This document shows, piece by piece, positions 9,869-18,271 of a stretch of 64,000 nucleotides of DNA; positions within the stretch are counted from its first letter, which is position 1; each line of letters starts with the position of its first letter. The position numbers were made by a program, and so were the translations under genes. Origin of the DNA: Coriobacteriia bacterium (GTDB lineage: Bacteria; Actinomycetota; Coriobacteriia; Coriobacteriales; UMGS124); contig CAWVLT010000047.1 in the NCBI GenBank assembly GCA_963930185.1, forward strand, positions 2,134 to 66,133, written 5' to 3'. Below the pieces are notes generated by a model. The model was not told where the DNA came from. It saw nothing but the letters and a program-made list of their open reading frames with translations, and made no database searches.

Positions 9869-9917
9869 AGCACGCCGCGCCTTGTGCGCGGCAATGGCGT
9901 AAGGAGCTGTGGGACGA

Positions 9918-10406
9918 ATGAGCAACATCAACCGAGTCATCATAAGCGGACGTCTTACGCGCGACCCCGAGGTGCGCGCGACGGCTGGCGGCACCACGGT
10001 CATGGGCCTTGGCGTCGCCGTGAACGAGCGCCGTCGCAACCAGCAGACCGGCCAGTGGGAGGACTACACCAACTACATCGACTGCACCATGTTCGGGAAC
10101 AGGGCAGAGTCCCTGTCCCACATCCTCACCAAGGGGATGCTCGTGTGCATCGAGGGTCGTCTTCGCTGGTCGAGCTGGGAGAGCAACGGGCAGAAGCGCA
10201 GCAAGATCGAGGTCATCGTTGACGAGGTCGAATTGCCCTCGCGCCCGCAGGGCACGGCCCAGGGTGGCGGCTACGGGTATGGCGACCAGGGTGGCGCTCC
10301 CATGCAGGGAGGCTACGCCCCGCAGCCTGCGGCGCCCTCGTACGGCGCTGCGCCCGTGCAGCAGCCGCCCATCGATCAGACTTATGACGACGAGATTCCC
10401 TTCTAG
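9918..10406 (+). CDS. ssb: Single-stranded DNA-binding protein
   Basis: OB-fold N-terminus MSNINRVIISGRLTRDPE; G/Q/P-rich linker; acidic tip DDEIPF. Confidence 0.9.
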   Translation: MSNINRVIISGRLTRDPEVRATAGGTTVMGLGVAVNERRRNQQTGQWEDYTNYIDCTMFGNRAESLSHILTKGMLVCIEGRLRWSSWESNGQKRSKIEVIVDEVELPSRPQGTAQGGGYGYGDQGGAPMQGGYAPQPAAPSYGAAPVQQPPIDQTYDDEIPF

Positions 10407-10459
10407 GAGTCGCGTCGAACACCCAGTCCCGCAAACATGCGGAAGGAGGTTTGCACATC

Positions 10460-10720
10460 ATGGCTACAGAGTACGTACGTCAGCCTCACAAGAAGGCCTG
10501 CCAGCTCTGCAAGGACCACGTCGAGTTCATCGACTACAAGGACGTGCAGCTGCTGCGCAAGTACATGACTGATCGCGGCAAGATCAAGCCGCGTCGCGTG
10601 ACCGGCGCCTGCCGCCAGCACCAGCACGAGATGGCCATGGCCATCAAGCGCGCTCGCGAGATGGCTCTGGTTCCCTACACGGTGACCGTCGTGAGCGGCA
10701 GCCGCGAGCGTCGAGGCTAA
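10460..10720 (+). CDS. rpsR: 30S ribosomal protein S18
   Basis: ATG 10460 behind GGAAGGAGG. FIDYKDVQLLRKYMTDRGKIKPRRVTG...QHQHEMAMAIKRAREMALVPY. Confidence 0.95.
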   Translation: MATEYVRQPHKKACQLCKDHVEFIDYKDVQLLRKYMTDRGKIKPRRVTGACRQHQHEMAMAIKRAREMALVPYTVTVVSGSRERRG

Positions 10721-10729
10721 CGAAGGACC

Positions 10730-11740
10730 ATGAGCGAGGACTCGACAGACATCGAACTGCTTCGTGGCGAGGGGCGCAAGCCGGCCTGGCCGGCACGCCC
10801 GGCGCTCGAAGTCGCCCTGTGTGTCATAGGCTCGCTCCTTTCGGCCTTCATAGGGCCGCTTGGAACTGCGCTGATGGTTGCCGGCATCTACCTGCTGGGT
10901 AGGCCCGAGGAGAACAAGGCGTGGCTCGGGGCGCTGGGATGCGTCATCCCCTGCGCGATCCTGTCCATCGTGTCTTGGGTCAACCTCGGCTCGCTGGCAC
11001 TGCCCCCCGTCATCTGCGCCGTGGTCATGGGGCTGTTCCTGCCAGGGCATGTCGGCATCAGCACGGTGTGCGCTTGCATCGTGGGGACATGCGCCATGAC
11101 GATGGGCATCGACGCGGCGCTGCTCGCCGCGTGGGGGTCCAACTTGCTGGACTACGTGATGAGCGTGTTCGACGAGATGGGCCAGCAGATGTCGCTGGTG
11201 GCCGGGCAGCCGGGGGGAGTCGTCCTCTCGGCCGCCATGGAGCAGAGCATCGAGCTCATGAGGACCATCTGGCCGCTGATCTACCTAGGTCAGGCGGCGG
11301 TGACGGTCATCGCGGGGCTCGTTGCGCTGGCCATCGCACGGCGCGAGTCGCCGCGTCGTCTCTACGAGGCGTTCGTGCGCTACGACATGCCCCTGTGGGG
11401 CATGGTTCTCATCGTGGCGTGCGCGGCTTGTTGGGCGGCGGCGCAGTACCTCCCCTCGTGGTCGGCCGCTCTTATGAGCGCCGCCACCTGCCTGTTCATG
11501 TGCCTGCGGGTGCTGTACTTTCTGCAGGGCCTCGCAGTGGCGATGAGCCTGATGGACGCGCATGGGTTCGGACCCGTCGCGCGGATTCTCATCATCGTGC
11601 TGCTGCTCATGCTCGAAAGCGCGCTGTACGTGGTGTGCGTGATCGGCGCCGTGGACGTCTTCGCGAACTTCCGGAGGCTTCCAAGGCATACCAAGGTGGT
11701 GCAGGCAACGGCCATCGACGACGGGGAGTCGAAGCAGTAG
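10730..11740 (+). CDS. Polytopic membrane protein, YybS/DUF2232-like
   Basis: About 8 hydrophobic helices. It occupies the slot between rpsR and rplI where DUF2232 (yybS) genes sit in many Gram-positives. The family call rests on position and topology only. Confidence 0.5.
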   Translation: MSEDSTDIELLRGEGRKPAWPARPALEVALCVIGSLLSAFIGPLGTALMVAGIYLLGRPEENKAWLGALGCVIPCAILSIVSWVNLGSLALPPVICAVVMGLFLPGHVGISTVCACIVGTCAMTMGIDAALLAAWGSNLLDYVMSVFDEMGQQMSLVAGQPGGVVLSAAMEQSIELMRTIWPLIYLGQAAVTVIAGLVALAIARRESPRRLYEAFVRYDMPLWGMVLIVACAACWAAAQYLPSWSAALMSAATCLFMCLRVLYFLQGLAVAMSLMDAHGFGPVARILIIVLLLMLESALYVVCVIGAVDVFANFRRLPRHTKVVQATAIDDGESKQ

Positions 11741-11793
11741 ACGATGTCGGTCGGGGAGACTCGGCCATGATCTCCAAGTGAGGAGTGTCAACA

Positions 11794-12342
11794 ATGAAGG
11801 TCATTCTCTTGGACGAGCTGAGGGGGAAGGGCGGCGAAGGCGACGTCATCGAGGTCGCCGACGGCTTTGCCAACAACTGGCTCTTCCCTCAGAAGATCGC
11901 CATTCGCGCGACGGAGGGCAACCTCAAGCAGCTTGAGCAGCGCCGTCGCAGCATTCAGAAGCGCGAGGAGGTGCGTCTGGCCAACGCCAACGCCCTCAAG
12001 GAGCAGATCGACGGCAAGTCCGTGCGCATCGAGTCCAAGGTGGGCGACGAGGGCCAGCTCTTCGGCTCCGTCACCAGCGTCATGGTCGCCGATGCCGTCA
12101 TGGCCCAGCTGAACGTCGAGATCGATCGCAAGCGCGTCGTCCTCAACCAGCCCATCAAGACGGTGGGCGCCCACATCGTGCCCGTGTCGCTGTACCGCGA
12201 CATCGTGGCCAACGTCGTGGTCGAGGTCAATGACGCCGCTGGCTTCGCCGCCATCGACGCCGCCAGCGCTCCTGCCGAGGAGGAGGCCGCCGAGGAGGCG
12301 CCTGCTACCGAGGAGGCCGCTGCCGAGGAGGACGCCGAGTAG
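11794..12342 (+). CDS. rplI: 50S ribosomal protein L9 with acidic Ala/Glu C-terminal extension
   Basis: MKVILLDELRGKGGEGDVIEVADGFANNWLFPQKIA. ATG 11794 behind GAGGAG. Confidence 0.95.
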   Translation: MKVILLDELRGKGGEGDVIEVADGFANNWLFPQKIAIRATEGNLKQLEQRRRSIQKREEVRLANANALKEQIDGKSVRIESKVGDEGQLFGSVTSVMVADAVMAQLNVEIDRKRVVLNQPIKTVGAHIVPVSLYRDIVANVVVEVNDAAGFAAIDAASAPAEEEAAEEAPATEEAAAEEDAE

Positions 12343-12382
12343 GCGCAAGATCCGACGCACGTCGTGATCGAGGCTGTGATCG

Positions 12383-12412
12383 AGGGCCCGGGAGCAATCC
12401 CGGGCCCTTTTT
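12383..12412 (+). terminator. Rho-independent terminator after rplI
   Basis: GGGCCCGGG agcaat CCCGGGCCC followed by TTTTTG. Confidence 0.8.
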
Positions 12413-12549
12413 GTGTCATGGCCCGCCTCGTGCTTCGGTTTCTGCGATTGTCTGTCAGAAAGCCGACAGGTGTCCGATGACCCTGATTTTGTCAGGCATA
12501 GGCGATAGAATGGCGGGGCAACGAGCACGTCACGAAAGGAAGGCCGCAC

Positions 12550-13932
12550 ATGGACATGAACGAGCCGGATCCTCGCCTCACGGGCGGCAACCCGCTGCCC
12601 CAGAACACCGACGCCGAGGCGGCGGTGCTCGCCGCGGCCATCCTCTCCTCGGAGGTCGTACCCGAGATCGCCTCCATGCTCGTGCCCGATGACTTCTACC
12701 GGCCGGCGCATCGCACGGTCTACGCGGCCATCGTCGAGCTGTTCCGCCGCGACATCCCCATCGACCAGCTGTCTCTGGCTGACTACCTGGAGCGCTCCGG
12801 CGAGATCCAGCTCGTGGGCGGCAAGGGGTTCATCATCGACCTCGCCAACAACTCGTTTGCCCTGGTGAACTGGCGCCAGCACGCACGCATCGTCAAGCGC
12901 TGCTCCACGCTGCGTGCCATCATTGCAGCCTCGACGGGCATCACCGCCCTAGCCTTTGACGCACCGCCCGACGACATCGAGAGCATCGTGGAGCGCTCCG
13001 AGGCCATGCTTTTGTCGGTCACCGACAAAGAGGTGGAGAGCGCCTCGCGCCCGCTGGGCGACTTCGTGATGGAGGCGTTCAACGAGATCGAGTCCATCGC
13101 CAAGGGCGGGGCCCACATCGCCGGCATCGCAACCGGCTTCACCGAGCTCGACAAGATCTTGCTGGGCCTGCGCCCCGGCACCATGCACATCATCGGTGCC
13201 CGACCCGGCGTGGGCAAGACGGCGTTTGCCCTCTCGCTTGCGCTCAACGTGGCCAAGGCCGGCTCGCCGGTGGTCTTCTTCTCCCTGGAGATGTCGGGTT
13301 CGGAGATCGCGACGCGCCTTCTGTGCGGCGAGGCGGGCATCTCGAGCGAGGACGTGCGTTCGGGCAACATCATGCCAGAGATGTGGCCCGCGCTCATCGA
13401 GGCGAGCGACACACTGGCGTCTCTGGACTTCACGGTGGACGACACCGCAGGCACCAACGTCATCGAGATCCGCACCAAGGCACGCCGCCTTCTGCATGGT
13501 AAGACCGGCGGCCTCATCATCGTGGACTACCTGCAGCTCATCAACCCGGTGAGCACCGGCCGTGAGAAGAACCGCACCAACGAGGTCGGCGAGATGTCGC
13601 GCGCCCTGAAGGTCTTGGCCAAAGATCTGGGCGTGCCGGTCATCGCCCTGTCGCAGCTCTCCCGCGAGGTCGACCGCCGCCCTGACAAGCGCCCCGTGCT
13701 GGCTGACCTGCGTGAGTCGGGCTCCATCGAGCAGGACGCCGACACCGTCATGTTCATTGACCGCTCCCTCACCGAGGACGAGGCCAACGACGAGAAGCAC
13801 GACCGCCCCCCGCTGGGCACGGCCAACATCATCGTGGCCAAGAACCGTGCGGGCCGCTCGGGCGTGGACGTGCCGCTGGTGTTCCTGGCCGACCGCACGG
13901 CCTTCCGCAACATGTCGCGCAGCGAGGGGTAG
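12550..13932 (+). CDS. dnaB: Replicative DNA helicase DnaB
   Basis: N-terminal PQNTDAEAAVLAAAILS; Walker A GARPGVGKT; IIVDYLQL; SQLSREVDRR; ADLRESGSIEQDAD. 460 aa, no intein-sized insert. Confidence 0.95.
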   Translation: MDMNEPDPRLTGGNPLPQNTDAEAAVLAAAILSSEVVPEIASMLVPDDFYRPAHRTVYAAIVELFRRDIPIDQLSLADYLERSGEIQLVGGKGFIIDLANNSFALVNWRQHARIVKRCSTLRAIIAASTGITALAFDAPPDDIESIVERSEAMLLSVTDKEVESASRPLGDFVMEAFNEIESIAKGGAHIAGIATGFTELDKILLGLRPGTMHIIGARPGVGKTAFALSLALNVAKAGSPVVFFSLEMSGSEIATRLLCGEAGISSEDVRSGNIMPEMWPALIEASDTLASLDFTVDDTAGTNVIEIRTKARRLLHGKTGGLIIVDYLQLINPVSTGREKNRTNEVGEMSRALKVLAKDLGVPVIALSQLSREVDRRPDKRPVLADLRESGSIEQDADTVMFIDRSLTEDEANDEKHDRPPLGTANIIVAKNRAGRSGVDVPLVFLADRTAFRNMSRSEG

Positions 13933-13993
13933 GGCTTTCTCTGTCAGACTGCTTGCGTCCACGACGTGGGGGTATCAAAACGATACGGGAATG

Positions 13994-14002
13994 TGATATG
14001 AT
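13994..14002 (+). promoter_or_regulatory. Candidate extended -10 promoter element (TGaTATGAT) for the Panacea-domain gene
   Basis: TGATATGAT lies about 43 nt upstream of ATG 14045, inside an imperfect inverted repeat (CGATACGGGAAT / ATCCCCAGTATCG). Confidence 0.35.
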
Positions 14003-14044
14003 ATCCCCAGTATCGTACATTTGTTCGATCGTAGGAGGTGCTTC

Positions 14045-14578
14045 ATGCCTCGCGCAGTCGATGTTGCGTCATACATATTGAACGAACGGGGCAGGTTCGG
14101 CGGCTATCAGCTGCAGAAGCTTCTCTATTATTGCCAAGCATGGTGTCTGGTTACGCAGGACCGCCCTTTGTTCCCGGAGGAGATTCGCGCATGGGACCAC
14201 GGGCCTGTCGTGTTCGAGGTTGCGCGCGCACATCGTGGGCGCAGGTCGGTGGTGGCAGCTGACATTGACGGCGATCCCCAGGCCCTGGCTGCCGAGGATG
14301 AGGTGCTCGTAGACGCTGTCCTCGAGTCATATGCGGTTCTGAGCGGTGACGAGCTCGCCCAGCTCTCCCATAGTGAAGATCCTTGGGCTCATGCATACAA
14401 TGGAGAGTCGGGGATAGTCTCTGCCACAATCCCCTTGGAAGACATCCAAGTATACTATGCAGGTCTTATGGCCGGTGACGCCGCCATTGCCCGGCAGCAC
14501 CATGTTCCACACTTTTCTGTGGCGCCACGCATCATCGTGAGCGATGAGGACTTCTCCGTTCTCTCGGACATGCTTTAG
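14045..14578 (+). CDS. Panacea (DUF4065, SocA/PanA-type) antitoxin-domain protein
   Basis: ORF 14021..14578 trimmed to ATG 14045 behind GTAGGAGGTG. N-terminal VDVASYILNERGRFGGYQLQKLLYYCQAWCLVTQDRPLFPEEIRAWDHGPVVFEV matches my memory of the DUF4065 core. Confidence 0.7.
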   Translation: MPRAVDVASYILNERGRFGGYQLQKLLYYCQAWCLVTQDRPLFPEEIRAWDHGPVVFEVARAHRGRRSVVAADIDGDPQALAAEDEVLVDAVLESYAVLSGDELAQLSHSEDPWAHAYNGESGIVSATIPLEDIQVYYAGLMAGDAAIARQHHVPHFSVAPRIIVSDEDFSVLSDML

Positions 14579-14942
14579 GCTCGCTATGTGTGAAAACTCC
14601 CAGAGCCATCAGGACTTGCGTCTTGGTATGCGCGTCATGAGTTTCGCCCGCTCAAAGATAATCCCCTGCGCATGGTGCTGCCAATGAAAGACGCCCGCGC
14701 ACTGGTGAAACGACTGGGAGAAGACTACTTCAAATTCTAAAGCCGGACGATGTATGGATGTCACATGCTCGCGCGGGACGAGCATGGGTGCCCCTCTGGG
14801 TTCCTCCGCTTATTTTGTTGCGAGCGATGCAAACGCCGGGCGCCGCCCCGTGCCCCGAGGCGTCCGGGTATACTGTGAGAGTAACTGTCACTTGGGGCGG
14901 GTCGCGCAGCATCTCGCCTCATGCGAGAGAGAAGAGCGCAAC

Positions 14943-16226
14943 ATGCCCGCTACGATACTTGTCGGCGCACAGTGGGGCGACGAAGGCAAGGGCAAGATTA
15001 CCGACCTCATCTCTGACAAGTACGACTTTGTCGTGCGCTATCAGGGCGGTAACAACGCCGGCCACACGGTTATCACCCCCAAGCACAAGCTCGCCCTGCA
15101 CCTCATTCCCTCGGGCGTCATGTACCCCACCATCACGCCGGTCATCGGCAACGGGTGCGTCATCGATCCCAAGGTGCTGCTCGAGGAGATGGACATCCTC
15201 GAGGGCGAGGGCATCTCGTGCGAGCGCCTGAAGATCTCGGGTAACGCCCACATCATCATGCCCTACCATCGTGACCTCGACGGCGCGAGCGAGCGCCGCC
15301 TGGGCAACAACCTCATCGGCACCACGCGCCGCGGCATCGGCCCGGCCTACCAGGACAAGGCCAGCCGCATGGGCCTGCGCATGCAGGACATGCTGGACAA
15401 GGACATCTTCCGCGAGAAGGTGGCCGCGGCCCTGCAGGAGAAGAACGACATCCTCGAGAAGGTGTACGGCCTGCCCACCTACACGGTTGAGCAGATTTGC
15501 GAGGAGTTCTTCGCCTATGCCGACCGCCTGGCCCCCTACATCACCGAGACGACGAGCCTGCTGCACGACGCCATCGAGCAGGACAAGAACGTGCTGTTCG
15601 AAGGCGCCCAGGGCACGCTGCTCGACATCGACTTCGGCACCTACCCGTTCGTGACCTCCTCGAGCTGCTCGGCCGGCGGCGCCATCACCGGCTCGGGCGT
15701 GGGGATCAAGAGCATCGACCGCATCCTGGGCATCGCCAAGGCCTACATCACGCGCGTGGGCTCGGGCCCGTTCCCCACGGAGATCCCCGAGAGCGACCCT
15801 GCGGGCGAGACCCTGTGCCAGGTGGGCAGCGAGTTCGGCGTGACCACGGGTCGCCGCCGCCGCTGCGGCTGGTTCGACGCCGTCATCGCCAAGTACTCCG
15901 CCCAGGTCAACGGTCTCACCGACCTGGCCATCACCAAGCTCGACGTGCTCTCGTCGCTCGACACCATCAAGGTGTGCACGGCCTACGAGTGCGACGGCCA
16001 GGTGTATCGCACGGTGCCCCAGCACCAGACGCTGTTCCATCACGCCAAGCCAATCTACGAGGAGCTTCCCGGCTGGCGCGAGGACATCTCCATGTGCCGC
16101 AGCTTCTACGAGCTGCCGCGCGCGGCCAAGGACTACATCGACTACATCGAGGACCTTTCTGGCGTGAAGGTGTCCATCATCGCGGTGGGCCCGTCGCGCG
16201 AGCAGACCATCATGCGTCACTGGTAA
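14943..16226 (+). CDS. purA: Adenylosuccinate synthase
   Basis: ORF 14754..16226 trimmed to ATG 14943. QWGDEGKGK, GGNNAGHT, GTTRRGIGPAY, TKLDVL. Confidence 0.95.
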   Translation: MPATILVGAQWGDEGKGKITDLISDKYDFVVRYQGGNNAGHTVITPKHKLALHLIPSGVMYPTITPVIGNGCVIDPKVLLEEMDILEGEGISCERLKISGNAHIIMPYHRDLDGASERRLGNNLIGTTRRGIGPAYQDKASRMGLRMQDMLDKDIFREKVAAALQEKNDILEKVYGLPTYTVEQICEEFFAYADRLAPYITETTSLLHDAIEQDKNVLFEGAQGTLLDIDFGTYPFVTSSSCSAGGAITGSGVGIKSIDRILGIAKAYITRVGSGPFPTEIPESDPAGETLCQVGSEFGVTTGRRRRCGWFDAVIAKYSAQVNGLTDLAITKLDVLSSLDTIKVCTAYECDGQVYRTVPQHQTLFHHAKPIYEELPGWREDISMCRSFYELPRAAKDYIDYIEDLSGVKVSIIAVGPSREQTIMRHW

Positions 16227-16243
16227 GGTAGGGGGAGTCACAC

Positions 16244-17542
16244 ATGGATATCCTGCTGCTCGGTAGCGGCGGCCGCGAGCATGCGATCGCCGTGTCCCTC
16301 AAGCGCTCTTCTTCGTGCGGAAAGCTGTACGTGGCACCCGGCAACGGCGGGACGGCGTCCATCGCCACCAACGTCGCACTGGACATCGAAGACGGCGCCG
16401 CCGTCGTGGCGTTTGCGCGCGAGCATAACGTGGGCCTGGTCGTGATCGGGCCCGAGGCCCCGCTGGTGGCCGGCGTGGCCGACGCGGTGCGCGAGGCGGG
16501 CATCGCCTGCTTCGGCCCGGGCGCGCAGGGCGCCCGCCTGGAGGGCAGCAAGCACTTCTCCAAGGAGTTCATGACCCGTCATGGCATCCCCACGGCGCCC
16601 TACCGCGCGTTTAACGCCGTCGAGCCGGCGTGCGACTACGTGCGCGAGCGCTTCGCCTCGGGCTGCGGCGTGCTCGTGGTGAAGGCCGACGGTCTGGCGG
16701 CGGGCAAGGGCGTGGTGGTCGCCAAGGACGAGCCCGAGGCCATCTCGGCCGTCGAGGCCTGCTTTGCCGGGCAGTTTGGCCAGGCCGGCTCCACCGTGGT
16801 CATCGAGGAGGGTCTGACCGGCCCGGAGTGCTCGTATCTGATCTTCACCGACGGCAAGGTCATGCGCCCCATGGCCACCGCCCAGGACCACAAGCGCGCC
16901 TACGAGGGCGACCGCGGGCCCAACACGGGCGGCATGGGGTGCTACTCTCCGGTGCCCATCGTCACCGACGAGGAGATGGAGCAGATGACCGCCATCATGC
17001 AGAAGGCGGTCGACGGCATGGCGGCCGACGGCATCGACTACCGCGGCGTGCTCTACGGCGGCTTCATGCTGACGCCCGAGGGGCCGCAGGTCCTCGAGTT
17101 CAACGCGCGCTTCGGTGACCCCGAGACCCAGGTCATCCTGCCGCGCCTGCGTACCGACCTGGTCGACGTCATGATGGCGTGCGCCGAGTGCCGCCTGGGC
17201 GAGCTCGAGCTTTCGTGGCGCCCCGAGTGGGCGGTGACCGTGGTGCTGGCCTCGCAGGGCTATCCCATGAGCTACAAGAAGGGCTTTGCCATTACCGACG
17301 TGGAGGCGGCCGAGAAGTTGCCCGGGGTGACGATCTACCACGCGGGCACGGCCCTGGACGCCGAGGGCACCCTGCGCACCTCCGGCGGGCGCGTCCTGGA
17401 CGTCACCGCTCTGGGGGCCACCTTCGCCGAGGCTCGTGAGCGCGCCTACGAGGCCGCCGAGCTCATCTCCTTCGACGGCAAGCAGATGCGCATGGACATC
17501 GGCCTGCGTGCCCTGAGCGGCCGCGAGGCCTGGGAGGCATAG
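16244..17542 (+). CDS. purD: Phosphoribosylamine-glycine ligase
   Basis: MDILLLGSGGREHAI...; ATP-grasp core; GPNTGGMG; EFNARFGDPETQ. Confidence 0.95.
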   Translation: MDILLLGSGGREHAIAVSLKRSSSCGKLYVAPGNGGTASIATNVALDIEDGAAVVAFAREHNVGLVVIGPEAPLVAGVADAVREAGIACFGPGAQGARLEGSKHFSKEFMTRHGIPTAPYRAFNAVEPACDYVRERFASGCGVLVVKADGLAAGKGVVVAKDEPEAISAVEACFAGQFGQAGSTVVIEEGLTGPECSYLIFTDGKVMRPMATAQDHKRAYEGDRGPNTGGMGCYSPVPIVTDEEMEQMTAIMQKAVDGMAADGIDYRGVLYGGFMLTPEGPQVLEFNARFGDPETQVILPRLRTDLVDVMMACAECRLGELELSWRPEWAVTVVLASQGYPMSYKKGFAITDVEAAEKLPGVTIYHAGTALDAEGTLRTSGGRVLDVTALGATFAEARERAYEAAELISFDGKQMRMDIGLRALSGREAWEA

Positions 17543-17546
17543 GGCC

Positions 17547-18119
17547 ATGGGCGAGGTGGACGAGCGCGTGTCCGACGATGGGCTGAGCGAGGTCATCGAG
17601 AGCAGCGTTGCGCAGTGGAGCGGGTCGTTCCTCACGGCCGAGGAGGTGACGGTGCGCCTGCCCGACGGCCGACGTGCCACGCGCGACGTGATCCGCCATC
17701 CCGGCGCCGTTGCCGTCATCGCGCTGACCGACGACGGCAAGATCGTGCTTGTCCACCAGTATCGCACCGCCCTTGAGTGCGTGACCCTCGAGATCCCCGC
17801 CGGCAAGCTGGACGTGGGCGAGGATCCCGAACACGCCGCCCGCCGCGAGCTGGAGGAGGAGACTGGCTACGTCGCCGACCGCATGGCGTTTCTCGGCGAC
17901 ATAGCTCCCGCGGTGGGGTACTCCGACGAGATCTTGCACCTCTACATGGCCATGGGCCTGCACTTTGCCGGCGCCTCGCCCGACGAGGACGAATTCATCC
18001 ACGTCGACCTGGTCGATCTGGGGGAGATGGTGGATCGCGTGCTCGACGGGCGGATCGTTGACTCCAAGACCGTCGCGGCCGTCCTTTTGTGCGATGCGAT
18101 CTCGCGAAGGATGGAGTAG
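17547..18119 (+). CDS. NUDIX hydrolase (ADP-ribose pyrophosphatase-like)
   Basis: Nudix box GKLDVGEDPEHAARRELEEETGY. Starts 4 nt after purD. Confidence 0.85.
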   Translation: MGEVDERVSDDGLSEVIESSVAQWSGSFLTAEEVTVRLPDGRRATRDVIRHPGAVAVIALTDDGKIVLVHQYRTALECVTLEIPAGKLDVGEDPEHAARRELEEETGYVADRMAFLGDIAPAVGYSDEILHLYMAMGLHFAGASPDEDEFIHVDLVDLGEMVDRVLDGRIVDSKTVAAVLLCDAISRRME

Positions 18120-18271
18120 AATCAGGGGGCGCGCCTGACGGGCGGCGCACCCGGTGCATACGCGCCCGACGGGCGCTGACAGACCGACCGAGACACACGC
18201 ACGGTGGCTCTTCTGCACGGGGTGGGACAAAGTCCTGCCCCGTGTTAGGTTTTTGGCCCGAAAGGGGAAGC

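Noticed and set aside
12550-13932. Intein or insertion in dnaB
   Set aside because: The product is 460 aa with contiguous helicase motifs. No extra domain-sized insert.
14586-14687. 33-aa ORF (MCENSQSHQDLRLGMRVMSFARSKIIPCAWCCQ) as toxin partner of the Panacea gene
   Set aside because: No SD, no hydrophobic helix or recognisable toxin motif, and indistinguishable from a chance ORF. Kept only as a caveat in the Panacea finding.
14919-16241. 440-aa minus-strand ORF
   Set aside because: Antisense to purA. Shadow-frame composition.
16238-17806. 522-aa minus-strand ORF
   Set aside because: Antisense to purD and the NUDIX gene, both with unmistakable motifs. Its Arg/Ala/Gly/His-rich composition is typical of shadow frames in high-GC DNA.
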